From a virus (Duplodnaviria > Caudoviricetes), in IMG/VR virus record IMGVR_UViG_3300013383_000026, positions 21,954 through 85,953 of that record: DNA of 64,000 bases. The stretch is one strand, 5' to 3'. Below the pieces are notes generated by a model. The model worked only from the letters and a program-made list of their open reading frames with translations. It was not told the DNA's origin and did no database searches. The position numbers were made by a program, and so were the translations under genes. Shown here piece after piece: positions 8,569-17,469 of this stretch (within the stretch, counting starts at the first letter, position 1; every line of letters begins with the position of its first letter).

Positions 8569-9735
8569 TTGATTAAAGTTGAAAATATAGAAACATTTGG
8601 TTGGGAAGCGGCTCTTCGCGGTATGCGAAACCCTAAGCAGAGTCATGCTAAATCGGACAGTTATAACACCGAAAGTAACGGCTATTATGTCGGCGAAAAT
8701 GATATGAAACTTGCGTCAGCTCTTGTTAAAGCTGGAACAGAACACAGAAAGTTTACTCGAATGATTCACATCCAGATGGATATAACAGCACCTATGTTTT
8801 GGTGGAAAGAAATGGACCAGTATCGAGTGGCAACGACTACAAATGGATGTTCTACTATGCACAAATTATTAGATAAGCCATTTGTAGTAGAGGACTTTAC
8901 TTTCGATAGTTTACCGGGATATAAAAGGGAAATCAAGCAATTTAGGCCTGAAGTTGATGAACAGGAAGAAATTTGGGCTGAAATTCAAAATTCTTATAAA
9001 ATAAGTAATTGCGGACGTGTTAAAAATAAATATGGGCGCGTTTTAGGAGGTAGCCTACATAAAGATGGGTATATTTTTATTACTTTGAACGGCAAACAAA
9101 TCCCCCTACATCGGCTGGTAGCCACGGCATTTATTCCAAACCCTGAAAATAAACCGGAAATAAACCATAAAGATGGGAATAAGCAAAATAATTTTGTGGA
9201 TAATCTTGAATGGTGTACACGTTCCGAAAACCAGACACATGCAGTGGAAAATAATCTGCAACCAAAACCCGTTAATACTTATAAGGGGAAATTTTCTTTA
9301 GAACAAAGAGAAGAGATTAAGCGTCTATGGAACGAAGGAGTGTCTGAGCGCCAAATTGCGAAACAATTCAATGTATCACATTCTACAATTTGTTCTATTA
9401 TAAACGATAAATATAAATATGCCGACCAAGTAAACATTTATCAAGAAGTTGCAATACCTTTGGTAGATACTTTGAATGAGCTAAGAGACGCTTACTTTAT
9501 GTGCGAAACGGAAGAGGGGAAAAAGAAAATCTGGTATTCCATTATTGAATTGCTCCCATCCTCTTACAACCAGAAGCGTACATGGGACGGTTCGTTTGAA
9601 ACAATACTTAATATTATGCATCAGAGAGATGGGCATAAGCTCAAAGAGGAGTGGGAGCCGTTTAGACGGGCTTGCTTTGATAATATCCCTTATCTTGAAG
9701 AATTTTATAATATAGCTTATAAGAAAGGAGAATAA
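8569..9735 (+). CDS. thyX: phage ThyX-like (flavin-dependent thymidylate synthase-like) protein with in-frame NUMOD4/HNH/HTH insertion
   Basis: Flanks match the phage ThyX-like family as I recall it (HRKFTRMI, APMFWWKEMDQY, CSTMHKL ... LLPSSYNQKRT ... RDGHKL). Residues ~116-285 are HNH (HRLVATAFIPNPENKPEINHKDGNKQNNFVDNLEWCT) plus an HTH. Confidence 0.65.
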   Translation: MIKVENIETFGWEAALRGMRNPKQSHAKSDSYNTESNGYYVGENDMKLASALVKAGTEHRKFTRMIHIQMDITAPMFWWKEMDQYRVATTTNGCSTMHKLLDKPFVVEDFTFDSLPGYKREIKQFRPEVDEQEEIWAEIQNSYKISNCGRVKNKYGRVLGGSLHKDGYIFITLNGKQIPLHRLVATAFIPNPENKPEINHKDGNKQNNFVDNLEWCTRSENQTHAVENNLQPKPVNTYKGKFSLEQREEIKRLWNEGVSERQIAKQFNVSHSTICSIINDKYKYADQVNIYQEVAIPLVDTLNELRDAYFMCETEEGKKKIWYSIIELLPSSYNQKRTWDGSFETILNIMHQRDGHKLKEEWEPFRRACFDNIPYLEEFYNIAYKKGE

Positions 9736-9739
9736 TAAA

Positions 9740-10096
9740 ATGCACTTTAACGGATATGACCCCTTTACAACATCTCTTGATGCTACAGTTACAACATCTC
9801 TTGATGCTACAGTATATATCACCCCAGGAATACTTAAAAGAATACTCGGCGATACTCCTATAATGTTTTATCCTAAAGACAACCCCGTGCTTGGTATATC
9901 GATAAAAGACGTTAGATTCTCGCCTCCTGCAACAATAGTATTTTGGTCAGATAATACCAAAACAGTCGTAAAAGCTCAGAATGGTGAACCGTTCGATGCT
10001 GAAAAGGGACTTATGGCTTGTATTGTTAAGCGTATAACTGGCAATACTGGTCGATATAATGAGCTGTTCAAGAAATATATCAAGGAGGATAAGTAA
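9740..10096 (+). CDS. conserved phage hypothetical protein
   Basis: PPATIVFWSDNTKTVVK...FDAEKG motif; 24-bp tandem duplication at 9766-9813. Confidence 0.55.
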   Translation: MHFNGYDPFTTSLDATVTTSLDATVYITPGILKRILGDTPIMFYPKDNPVLGISIKDVRFSPPATIVFWSDNTKTVVKAQNGEPFDAEKGLMACIVKRITGNTGRYNELFKKYIKEDK

Positions 10097-10353
10097 TGGT
10101 TAAGAAGCTTGATACGCCTATCATTGCCGATGCAAGCACAATAGATGTTGACGTTAATCAGTTTAAGTCATGGGGTAGAGAAACATGGTATAATACATTC
10201 GTTGTAATGTTTCTTAAAATGAATAATAAAGAAATAGCCGATTGTGCCGATAACATTGTCGAAGCCGTTTGTGATGCAATGGATATTTCTACTATTAAAC
10301 ATTATTATGAAGATAATGACAGAACACTTGAATCTGAGGCAATCAATGATTGA
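10096..10353 (+). CDS. hypothetical protein
   Basis: TAATG coupling; RBS GGAGG. Confidence 0.5.
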   Translation: MVKKLDTPIIADASTIDVDVNQFKSWGRETWYNTFVVMFLKMNNKEIADCADNIVEAVCDAMDISTIKHYYEDNDRTLESEAIND

Positions 10354-10822
10354 TATAAAAATAAAACGTCTTACTGATACGGCTACCATTCCGACCAAAG
10401 CTCATTTTAGCGATGGGTGCTTTGATATTTATGCCGATTGTCCTAACGATATGTTTTATGATTGGGATAAACGAGAAGATGTAAATGGTATAAGAATCGA
10501 ACCGGGCTTTGCAAAAACTATTGGCACAGGGTTTGCTACTAATATTCCCAATGGTTATTTTGCCGCCGTATTTCCCCGTAGTGGCATGGGCATCAAGCGT
10601 CATTTGCGCCTATCAAATAGTACGGGAATAATAGACTCTAATTATACTGGCGAATGGTTAATATCTATATATAATGACGGCAATGAAACACAAGTTATAA
10701 AGCATGGCGATAGAATAGCTCAATTCGCAATTTTACCTGTTCTCGATGTTAATCTTAATGAAGTCAATGAACTTGACGAAACAGATAGAGGAGCTAACGG
10801 TTTTGGCTCAAGCGGCTCATAA
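10346..10822 (+). CDS. dut: trimeric dUTPase
   Basis: DGCFDIYA, PRSGMG, GIIDSNYTGE, RIAQ, RGANGFGSSG motifs; start moved to ATG 10346. Confidence 0.9.
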   Translation: MIDIKIKRLTDTATIPTKAHFSDGCFDIYADCPNDMFYDWDKREDVNGIRIEPGFAKTIGTGFATNIPNGYFAAVFPRSGMGIKRHLRLSNSTGIIDSNYTGEWLISIYNDGNETQVIKHGDRIAQFAILPVLDVNLNEVNELDETDRGANGFGSSGS

Positions 10823-10940
10823 ATAATCAATAAAAATAAGTCTAATTTTAATCCTATTGCTCAACTAATATAAATTATCATCTTATTAAATTACAAGCGT
10901 TTTTAGCATTAAAATTATACTAAATAAATAAAGAAAAAAA

Positions 10941-10983
10941 ATAGGGAACATATACATCAATTAAGATAATATATGTTCCCTAT
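10941..10983. terminator. bidirectional intrinsic terminator between convergent blocks
   Basis: Perfect 14-bp inverted repeat ATAGGGAACATATA / TATATGTTCCCTAT, flanked by A and T tracts. Confidence 0.75.
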
Positions 10984-10988
10984 AATTA

Positions 10989-11393
10989 TTATGATTTTAT
11001 TTTATACCAAAAATCGCCAGTAGATAATCCAGTCGGTTGTGCTGATTGCAACACAGCTTTAAGAGTTGAAACCGTAATTGCACCCGTTTGCCCATTTACA
11101 CTCGTAACAGGATAAGGAGGTGGGTTAGAAGAGCTATATTGTTTAACGTTTTCTACGTTTCCCAATCCAACGTCAGACTTGCCGACTGTTACGTTAGCTG
11201 ATAATGCATAGCCATTTACCGTTCGAGAAGTAGGCACCGCTCCAATATCACTTGCTGCAAGTGTCACTACACCCACTTTGCCATTAACTGATTGAACAGG
11301 GGCTCGAGCGACAGTAATGTAATCACTATCGTTCTTTAATTGGCTAGTTTTAGTAGGTATAGAATTTTTTATGGATTCATCGCTAAATGGCAA
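10989..11393 (-). CDS. tail-fibre-like repeat protein (frame open to 11549, no own start upstream of 11393)
   Basis: PVQSVNGKVGVVTLAASDIGAVP repeats; paralogous to 22939..24210. Confidence 0.55.
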   Translation of the reverse strand: MPFSDESIKNSIPTKTSQLKNDSDYITVARAPVQSVNGKVGVVTLAASDIGAVPTSRTVNGYALSANVTVGKSDVGLGNVENVKQYSSSNPPPYPVTSVNGQTGAITVSTLKAVLQSAQPTGLSTGDFWYKIKS

Positions 11394-11455
11394 CTGAGAA
11401 TACTTCTTTATTCCATCACCAACTTTGTACCTAACCTCGCCAGCGTCAGTATCTA

Positions 11456-12241
11456 CTATAACAATTTCGCCATCAAAGATATAGAACCGCCACCATAATA
11501 AACCAAGCCACTCCAGGCAGTTTGTCCATCGCCTATTTTGAAGCGCCCTTTATTTTGCCCGTCAGTAGTTAATCCTAATTCGCCCAACATCAATAATGGG
11601 TCGTTAGCCGTCCAATTTTCTTCGGTGTCAGACCTCATTTGCATATGAGCCGTCAATATGTCAGAGTGAATTCCTGTTGCAAAATCTGTACTATCTCCAC
11701 CATTAATTGAGTCAATATCAATATTCGCCTTATAAGTGGGAATGGCTATATCGCTCAATTCGTATTCATGCTTAGATGGATTATATATCATCCAAACCCC
11801 ACTACTATCAGGATAGGGCGGATGATTATTTATTTCAGATATATTGTTTTCTATCTGATAAAATTCACTAGGCACAGGGTCGTATGCAGCGCCGGGGTCA
11901 ATGCTATATTTAACCCAACCATTAAATTGCTCACTATGATATACTCTACCATCAGAATTAATACCTCTTAATTGAAGTATATATTTTCCACTAAACGGCA
12001 ACATACCAGCCGTTAATGTAACAGAACAAACGTTGCCAGTTCGAGTTAAATCAACAACATTATATAATGTTTCGCCTGAACATAATTTTTGACTATATCG
12101 TACATCTAATTTATATTTCCACGATTCGTCAGTGTCTACGGTGACACTAATAACATCTACGCCGTTATTTTTTTCAAACGCAAATGTATTGATGTTTTGT
12201 GTAACCTTAGTTCCAATAAGTGTTACATTCACCTCGACCAA
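11456..12241 (-). CDS. virion structural/tail fibre protein with Mtd_N-like (hyaluronidase N-terminal-like) motif
   Basis: MRSDTEENWTANDPLLMLGELGLTTD...FKIGDGQTAWSGL motif. Confidence 0.55.
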   Translation of the reverse strand: MVEVNVTLIGTKVTQNINTFAFEKNNGVDVISVTVDTDESWKYKLDVRYSQKLCSGETLYNVVDLTRTGNVCSVTLTAGMLPFSGKYILQLRGINSDGRVYHSEQFNGWVKYSIDPGAAYDPVPSEFYQIENNISEINNHPPYPDSSGVWMIYNPSKHEYELSDIAIPTYKANIDIDSINGGDSTDFATGIHSDILTAHMQMRSDTEENWTANDPLLMLGELGLTTDGQNKGRFKIGDGQTAWSGLVYYGGGSISLMAKLL

Positions 12242-12271
12242 CTCCTTTGTGTTTAGATTTTATTATTTAAT

Positions 12272-12796
12272 TTAATCACCAGCTGTTTCCTCAAGCTCAA
12301 TGGTAATGGTCTGATCTCCATTATTAGTGACGGTCTGGGTCTTAGTAGCATAGCCCTCTTTGCTTACTTCAACAGTATAAGTATCACCAAGTCCACTAAG
12401 TAAGAAAGTATTAACCGTACCAGCAATAGGGCTAATTTCCTCACTACTAACATCAATTACTTTAATAGCCGCGCCAACAGGAGTAACATTAACAGTAAGA
12501 ATAAAACCGTCCTGAAGAGAAACAACCCCCTTAGCCAGCTTAAAGAAACGACCATCAAGACCAATACCGCAATTGCCCTTAATCTTCACGGGTGTACCAA
12601 CTTCATCTCCCTCAGAATTATGTAAGGTTATAACCTTATCAGAGACAGCAAATAAAGCGCCATCCCAAAGCTGTCCGCAAACAGAAACAGCCTTACTAGC
12701 ATCGACAGCACTTGCTTCAGCATCACAAATAATACCATCAATTATCTTCATGGTAGAATCTATTTTTATGCCGCCGCAATATCTAGCTTTAGCCAT
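12272..12796 (-). CDS. putative structural protein with C-terminal PEGA-like beta domain
   Basis: YTVEVSKEGYATKTQTVT...ITIELE. Confidence 0.45.
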   Translation of the reverse strand: MAKARYCGGIKIDSTMKIIDGIICDAEASAVDASKAVSVCGQLWDGALFAVSDKVITLHNSEGDEVGTPVKIKGNCGIGLDGRFFKLAKGVVSLQDGFILTVNVTPVGAAIKVIDVSSEEISPIAGTVNTFLLSGLGDTYTVEVSKEGYATKTQTVTNNGDQTITIELEETAGD

Positions 12797-12812
12797 ATTA
12801 TATCATCCTTTC

Positions 12813-13943
12813 TTATAATGAAATAACATACACATCAAGTGCACTTGTCGTAGAAAGATTATTTATATAAATGCTATTACTTACAGCACCTTTAGACACA
12901 GTCCAACTAGACAAAGTACAAACATGAGATACTTTGAATTTATCACCTGAAATATTAATAACAGCTACACCGCTATGCCCATCATCGCAAGTCACAAGCA
13001 TATACACACCATCGTTAAGAGTATAAGTATGTCCAGTATTTGCATCGAAACTAAGCACCTTTTGAGAAACCGGCTCATCTCTCATTTCTTGAGTAAGATA
13101 TGCTAAATTAACGGCGTGATTAGGCGCAGTGGGAGTACCAACATTAATGGGTTTATAAACCGATTGACTATCAGTTGCTACAATAGCAGCTTCATTATTA
13201 GTCGTTGAAGTAATTCTTACGCCGCTAGTACCCGTTGGGTGAATAACGTTCCCAAGATATAACGGATATTCCCCATCAATTCTAAGCTCTTGAACATCAG
13301 TAATATTATTATTGGCCATGCTTAAATTACCATCAATAGTACCGCCAGATACTTTAAGATATTCGCCTACCTGGTCATTATCAGTCCATTCATCGGCGTT
13401 GGCCGTATGGAAATAATTTATAGCACGAGTAGATACTAGTGAACCGTTAGTAGTAACTTGAGTATAACCGAAAGTAAAGCCACCCTCACTACCACCATTA
13501 GCAAATTGAGCGTTCATAAGCGGCAATCTAGCATTATCATACGAGACAGCTATATTCTCTTTAGCGTCATATGCGGTTTTAACCTCAACAAAAGTTTTAT
13601 CAGCCGTATATTCGCCTTCTTGTCCAGCAATAGGTGTTAATGTTATAATAAAATCAGCCGATGCAAATTCCTGCCAATGCGTAACATCACCATCGTTGCT
13701 AAGAAAATGTCCAGCCGTCTCACTAGTAATCGGAGGCAATCCAGTATCAATAACTGTAGTATCTTCAGGTTGTTCTATCCATTCATTACTCGCAGCATTA
13801 TATTTATATATCTTGCCAGTATCTATCTCATAAAATTCATCAGAATTATAGGCATCTATAATTAACTTATCGTCAGTACTTAATCCAGTATATTCACTAT
13901 ATCTTTTAGCCTCATAATATGCAGGTCTTTCAAGCGTTATCAA
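12813..13943 (-). CDS. putative tail fibre / receptor-binding protein
   Basis: Position in the fibre block; YLKVSGGTIDGNLSMANNNI and INVGTPTAPNHAVNLAY fibre-like repeats. Confidence 0.5.
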   Translation of the reverse strand: MITLERPAYYEAKRYSEYTGLSTDDKLIIDAYNSDEFYEIDTGKIYKYNAASNEWIEQPEDTTVIDTGLPPITSETAGHFLSNDGDVTHWQEFASADFIITLTPIAGQEGEYTADKTFVEVKTAYDAKENIAVSYDNARLPLMNAQFANGGSEGGFTFGYTQVTTNGSLVSTRAINYFHTANADEWTDNDQVGEYLKVSGGTIDGNLSMANNNITDVQELRIDGEYPLYLGNVIHPTGTSGVRITSTTNNEAAIVATDSQSVYKPINVGTPTAPNHAVNLAYLTQEMRDEPVSQKVLSFDANTGHTYTLNDGVYMLVTCDDGHSGVAVINISGDKFKVSHVCTLSSWTVSKGAVSNSIYINNLSTTSALDVYVISL

Positions 13944-14126
13944 TCATCTCACCTTGCCTTCATACCAACGATTATTTTCAGTATCATAGCGATAAATGCG
14001 CCCCGTATCTATCTCTTTATATACTGCGCCATTCTCTACATTAGCCGGTTTAGTATCAATTGACCTGCCAGAAAACGTCGGGGCTTTAGATATATTGCTA
14101 TATGCTGCGCGATATTGAGTAATCAT
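13944..14126 (-). CDS. small hypothetical protein, paralog of N-terminus of 12813..13943
   Basis: EIDTGRIYRYD...W vs EIDTGKIYKYN...W. Confidence 0.6.
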   Translation of the reverse strand: MITQYRAAYSNISKAPTFSGRSIDTKPANVENGAVYKEIDTGRIYRYDTENNRWYEGKVR

Positions 14127-14154
14127 ATTATCACTCCAATTTAATTAAAAAATA

Positions 14155-14185
14155 AAGAGAGCTAATAAAATTTACTAGCTCTCTT
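14155..14185 (-). terminator. intrinsic terminator after endolysin
   Basis: AAGAGAGCTA / TAGCTCTCTT inverted repeat followed by a T tract on the minus strand. Confidence 0.65.
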
Positions 14186-14198
14186 AGCATATGTGTGT

Positions 14199-16517
14199 TT
14201 AATTATTAATCAGCCAAGCCCATGTTGCTTTATCTGCCATACCAGTAGCAGGTATCTTGGCTTTTGCTTGTGCTATTTTTATTGCATTATAAGTGCCAGA
14301 ACCAAAGTCGGCATCTGCACCAGACGAACCACAAGAAATATTACTATCAATTAAAAGGTGCTGAAGCTTTTTGACAGCCATACCCTTATCGCCCTTTTTA
14401 AGTTCAGGAGGATTAAATACAACCTCAGTCTCATCGGGATTCTCAGGCTTAGGCTCTTCGGGCTTTTTGCCTATATAATCATCTGTACCATAACCATCAT
14501 TATACATCGGATGTCCAAAACCAGCTATTTCACTTATATAGCGCTTCTTCTTAACAACGCCGTCAACGCCATTACGAACTTCCTGATTGCCCTCAATGGT
14601 ATCAATCATAGTATCAGATACACCAACAACTAAGCCAGTATGCCCGGTAGAACCCATGCCATCAGATAAGAAGAATTGGTCTCCAATCTGGGGCTTCATA
14701 TCAAGTCTATTTTGTGCCTTATAATATGCCATAGATTGAGGACAACCGGCACCATAGCTATACTGAGGCTGACAATTAACGGTAAAGGAATCGTTCTCGC
14801 CATATGCTTTAACAAAACACCAGTCGCAGAATATGTCACACCAATTCAACCCTTGCTTGCGGTCGTGATAGTAATAATTCTTTATAGCATCTAAATCTCT
14901 GGCATACTTGTTAAAATTAGCCTGTCCAGCATTCGCTTCTCTGTCGTCAAGCTGTGATTCACTCTTTTTCTCAAGATAACCAACTTCTGCATAAGCTATA
15001 TCAAGCAAAACCTGTCTGTCGAATTGAGTTTTAGTAGGCGTAGGTGCTGGAACATTATCTTTCTTAACCTCAGTCGGCTCATCGTCCTTTATATCATCAC
15101 CAAGCAATTTAGCCCAAGTGGCTTCACCAATAATGCCATCAACTTCAAGACCATTAGCCTTCTGAAAAGCTATAACAGCATTATATGTGCCATCACCAAA
15201 ATCACCATCAGCTCCAAAACTACCACAAGAATAACCTCTGGCTATAAGTAGCTGTTGCGCTTTCTTTACATGTGTCCCCTTATCGCCCTTCTTAATTTCG
15301 GGCATTCCAGTTGATGTAGCCGTATTATCATCTTGTTTTGGCTCAGTAGGAACAACAGTGCTATCTTCAACAGAATTACCAACAAACTCGTCATTATAAT
15401 TCGGTCTACCATAACCAGCTATGAAACTATAGTTGAGCGGATAGGACTTCTTGCACACGCAGCCGCCGTTCGATATGACGCCGAACGCATCGGACGTATT
15501 GCCCTCTATGGTGTACACCGTCGTGTCGTCCACCTTGTACACAAGCCCGGTATGGTTGCTGTTGCCGACGTTCCCGAAGAATATCTGGTCGCCTGGCTCA
15601 GGTCTCTCTCCGCGCTTGTGGAATCTTCCGGCGGCGATGAAGTAGTTGAGGGAATACGTGCAGCCAGCGCCGCTGCTCCCTCGCTTGGCGCAGAGCAGCT
15701 TGAGAGCGTTATCAACACCGAAGCTCTTGACGAAGAGCCAGTCAACGAACACCTCGCACCATGCGTGTCCCTGCTTCTTGCCGTTGTAGAAATTGCCTAT
15801 CGCGTCAAGGTCGCGTGCATACTTCGTGTAGTTGGCAGAACCGCCGTTCGCCAGCTTCTCATCCAGAAGCAGCGCGTTGCGCTTCTCTATGTACCCGACT
15901 TCGGACTCAGCGAGAGCTATGAGCTCCCGCCGGTCAAATACGTCAGTCTCCGGCGCGGCGGGTGCAGTCGGGGTTTCCGGCTCAGTCGTGCCGCCCTCAG
16001 AGATGAGCTCTTCCCATGCATTCGCACACCGCGTGCGCTTCTCAATCGCGCTGCTCTGGTTGGCAGATTTCTCATACTCTGTCACGCATATCTTCACGGC
16101 GGCGGTGATGCTGTCCGTGGTGGTGAGTATTTTCCACGTCCGGGTGTAACGCGTCTGCATCTCCTTGAGCATGAACGCTATCTGCGTGTCAAGGTCACCT
16201 ACGGACGCGCCGCGCGACTTTGCGAAGTCAAGAAGATTCTTCTTCCTACCCCAGTACGTCCACTGCGCTATGCCGTACCCAGCGCTGTCCTTGATGAAAA
16301 ACTTTCCGTTACAGATAGGCTCGCCAGCGTCTGCACGTCGGGTATATTCTTCCTCTGTCAGCTTGAAGCGGTTGAGGTATGAGGTCTCAACGCGCATCGG
16401 GTCGAAGTCGCTTGCCTCACCCTGCAAGTTCCCCAGCAGTCCTATCGCTCCCGCGAGGGTCATGCCTGCCGCACGGCAGGCGTTGTAGATGTATTGCGCT
16501 CTCTCGTTAGTGGTCAT
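14199..16517 (-). CDS. modular endolysin: phage-tail-lysozyme domain + CHAP + PG-binding + CHAP + PG-binding
   Basis: GLLGNLQGE...GYGIAQWT (Phage_lysozyme2-like); two CHAP domains with AWCEVF/NWCDIF and HTGLV...TIEGN; two GADGDFG-type PG_binding_1 repeats. Confidence 0.85.
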   Translation of the reverse strand: MTTNERAQYIYNACRAAGMTLAGAIGLLGNLQGEASDFDPMRVETSYLNRFKLTEEEYTRRADAGEPICNGKFFIKDSAGYGIAQWTYWGRKKNLLDFAKSRGASVGDLDTQIAFMLKEMQTRYTRTWKILTTTDSITAAVKICVTEYEKSANQSSAIEKRTRCANAWEELISEGGTTEPETPTAPAAPETDVFDRRELIALAESEVGYIEKRNALLLDEKLANGGSANYTKYARDLDAIGNFYNGKKQGHAWCEVFVDWLFVKSFGVDNALKLLCAKRGSSGAGCTYSLNYFIAAGRFHKRGERPEPGDQIFFGNVGNSNHTGLVYKVDDTTVYTIEGNTSDAFGVISNGGCVCKKSYPLNYSFIAGYGRPNYNDEFVGNSVEDSTVVPTEPKQDDNTATSTGMPEIKKGDKGTHVKKAQQLLIARGYSCGSFGADGDFGDGTYNAVIAFQKANGLEVDGIIGEATWAKLLGDDIKDDEPTEVKKDNVPAPTPTKTQFDRQVLLDIAYAEVGYLEKKSESQLDDREANAGQANFNKYARDLDAIKNYYYHDRKQGLNWCDIFCDWCFVKAYGENDSFTVNCQPQYSYGAGCPQSMAYYKAQNRLDMKPQIGDQFFLSDGMGSTGHTGLVVGVSDTMIDTIEGNQEVRNGVDGVVKKKRYISEIAGFGHPMYNDGYGTDDYIGKKPEEPKPENPDETEVVFNPPELKKGDKGMAVKKLQHLLIDSNISCGSSGADADFGSGTYNAIKIAQAKAKIPATGMADKATWAWLINN

Positions 16518-16627
16518 GTGGATACCTCTTCTGCTAGCAGTGCCTCAACTGCCGCGCGCAGTCGGGCGGGTACATCATCTATCGTTTTCAAGCCCTTGCG
16601 TATCAAGGCGGCGTAGATTTTAACCAT
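16514..16627 (-). CDS. CD1375-like small tail-associated protein (37 aa, absent from track)
   Basis: Hand translation MVKIYAALIRKGLKTIDDVPARLRAAVEALLAEEVST*; ATGA overlap with the endolysin start. Confidence 0.7.
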   Translation of the reverse strand: MVKIYAALIRKGLKTIDDVPARLRAAVEALLAEEVST

Positions 16628-17015
16628 TTCCGGAACCTCCAATCATTGCTTCATAGATTTCCGCGAGCGCAAGCTGTATCTCAGTTATCGCGTCGGCGTT
16701 CTTCTGCGCGGTGGGGGCGTTCGCCTGAGCCTTTCGCTGAGCCTCTATCCCCGTCAGCTCGTCTGCGGTATACGGCACGTAGATCTGTATTGTTATCTCC
16801 TCGTCCCATGCGTCCTGTGCCTTTACAGCGGCGACGTCAATGACCTTGGCAACGTCCTGTCCGCCGTTGGGATACTCAGCAATGGTTTCGTAATGTGACA
16901 GCTCCTCTACGCCTGCGACGGCGTCATGGTGCACAGTCTGAGTCTCCTGCTTGACGTAGCCTTTTGACAGGTCGGGGTTTTCAGCAACGCTGCCGTCAAT
17001 ATTAAATATTTGCAT
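16620..17015 (-). CDS. tail-fibre-associated hypothetical protein
   Basis: RBS AGGAGG before ATG 17015; C-terminal EIQLALAEIYE coiled coil typical of genes upstream of CD1375-like ORFs. Confidence 0.55.
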   Translation of the reverse strand: MQIFNIDGSVAENPDLSKGYVKQETQTVHHDAVAGVEELSHYETIAEYPNGGQDVAKVIDVAAVKAQDAWDEEITIQIYVPYTADELTGIEAQRKAQANAPTAQKNADAITEIQLALAEIYEAMIGGSGNG

Positions 17016-17025
17016 ACTTCCTCCT

Positions 17026-17469
17026 TTAAGCAACACGTTTCCACATATAAATTACTACATATGGGGGCATATTGTTGTGGGCGGCGCTGCCGCCTGTGCT
17101 GTTGCCATAAACACCCAACCGTTTGATAGTTTCTGCTGAGGAGTTCTGGAAGAAAGTGCCGTCCTGACAAAGCCAGTCCCACTGCCTGACATCGATTTGC
17201 GGCACGCCGTTGGTTTGGTTCATCGCATACATATGAGAGTGACTCGGCATCTCTTTGATGATTAACGTGTGCGTCGGCTCGCCGCCCGTACTGCCCGCCG
17301 TATATGTATCGCCTGCCGCAAGCAGGAATGTGTCTTTTATCTGCTCCCAAGTACCGCCGAAGAGCGATGCGGGGGAGGTTTCAGAAACGGACATATATAC
17401 GCTGCCGACTGGATACACGTCGAGCGCCAGTCCTCCCGAACCGCCGCCTGCATTTGTCCTCCCAAGCAT
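17026..17469 (-). CDS. tail-fibre tip / baseplate protein (YPVGS...GGTW...HNNMPPY family)
   Basis: YPVGSVYMS, GGTWEQI, GGEPTHTL...EMPSHSH, HNNMPPYVVIYMWKR; TAATG overlap with upstream gene. Confidence 0.7.
   Translation of the reverse strand: MLGRTNAGGGSGGLALDVYPVGSVYMSVSETSPASLFGGTWEQIKDTFLLAAGDTYTAGSTGGEPTHTLIIKEMPSHSHMYAMNQTNGVPQIDVRQWDWLCQDGTFFQNSSAETIKRLGVYGNSTGGSAAHNNMPPYVVIYMWKRVA

Noticed and set aside
8900-9450. Intein or intron explaining the HNH insert in thyX
   Set aside because: No intein terminal motifs and no P7 elements; the insert is fully open in frame.
9766-9813. 24-bp tandem duplication (TTSLDATV x2)
   Set aside because: A two-copy in-frame slippage with no spacers; not CRISPR-like.
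15333-16382. 349-aa plus-strand ORF and other antisense ORFs in the GC-rich block
   Set aside because: These are shadow frames of the endolysin caused by high GC3; no RBS or motifs.
17026-17469. Diversity-generating retroelement target in the fibre-tip gene
   Set aside because: No reverse transcriptase and no template-repeat copy differing at adenines were seen in the window.
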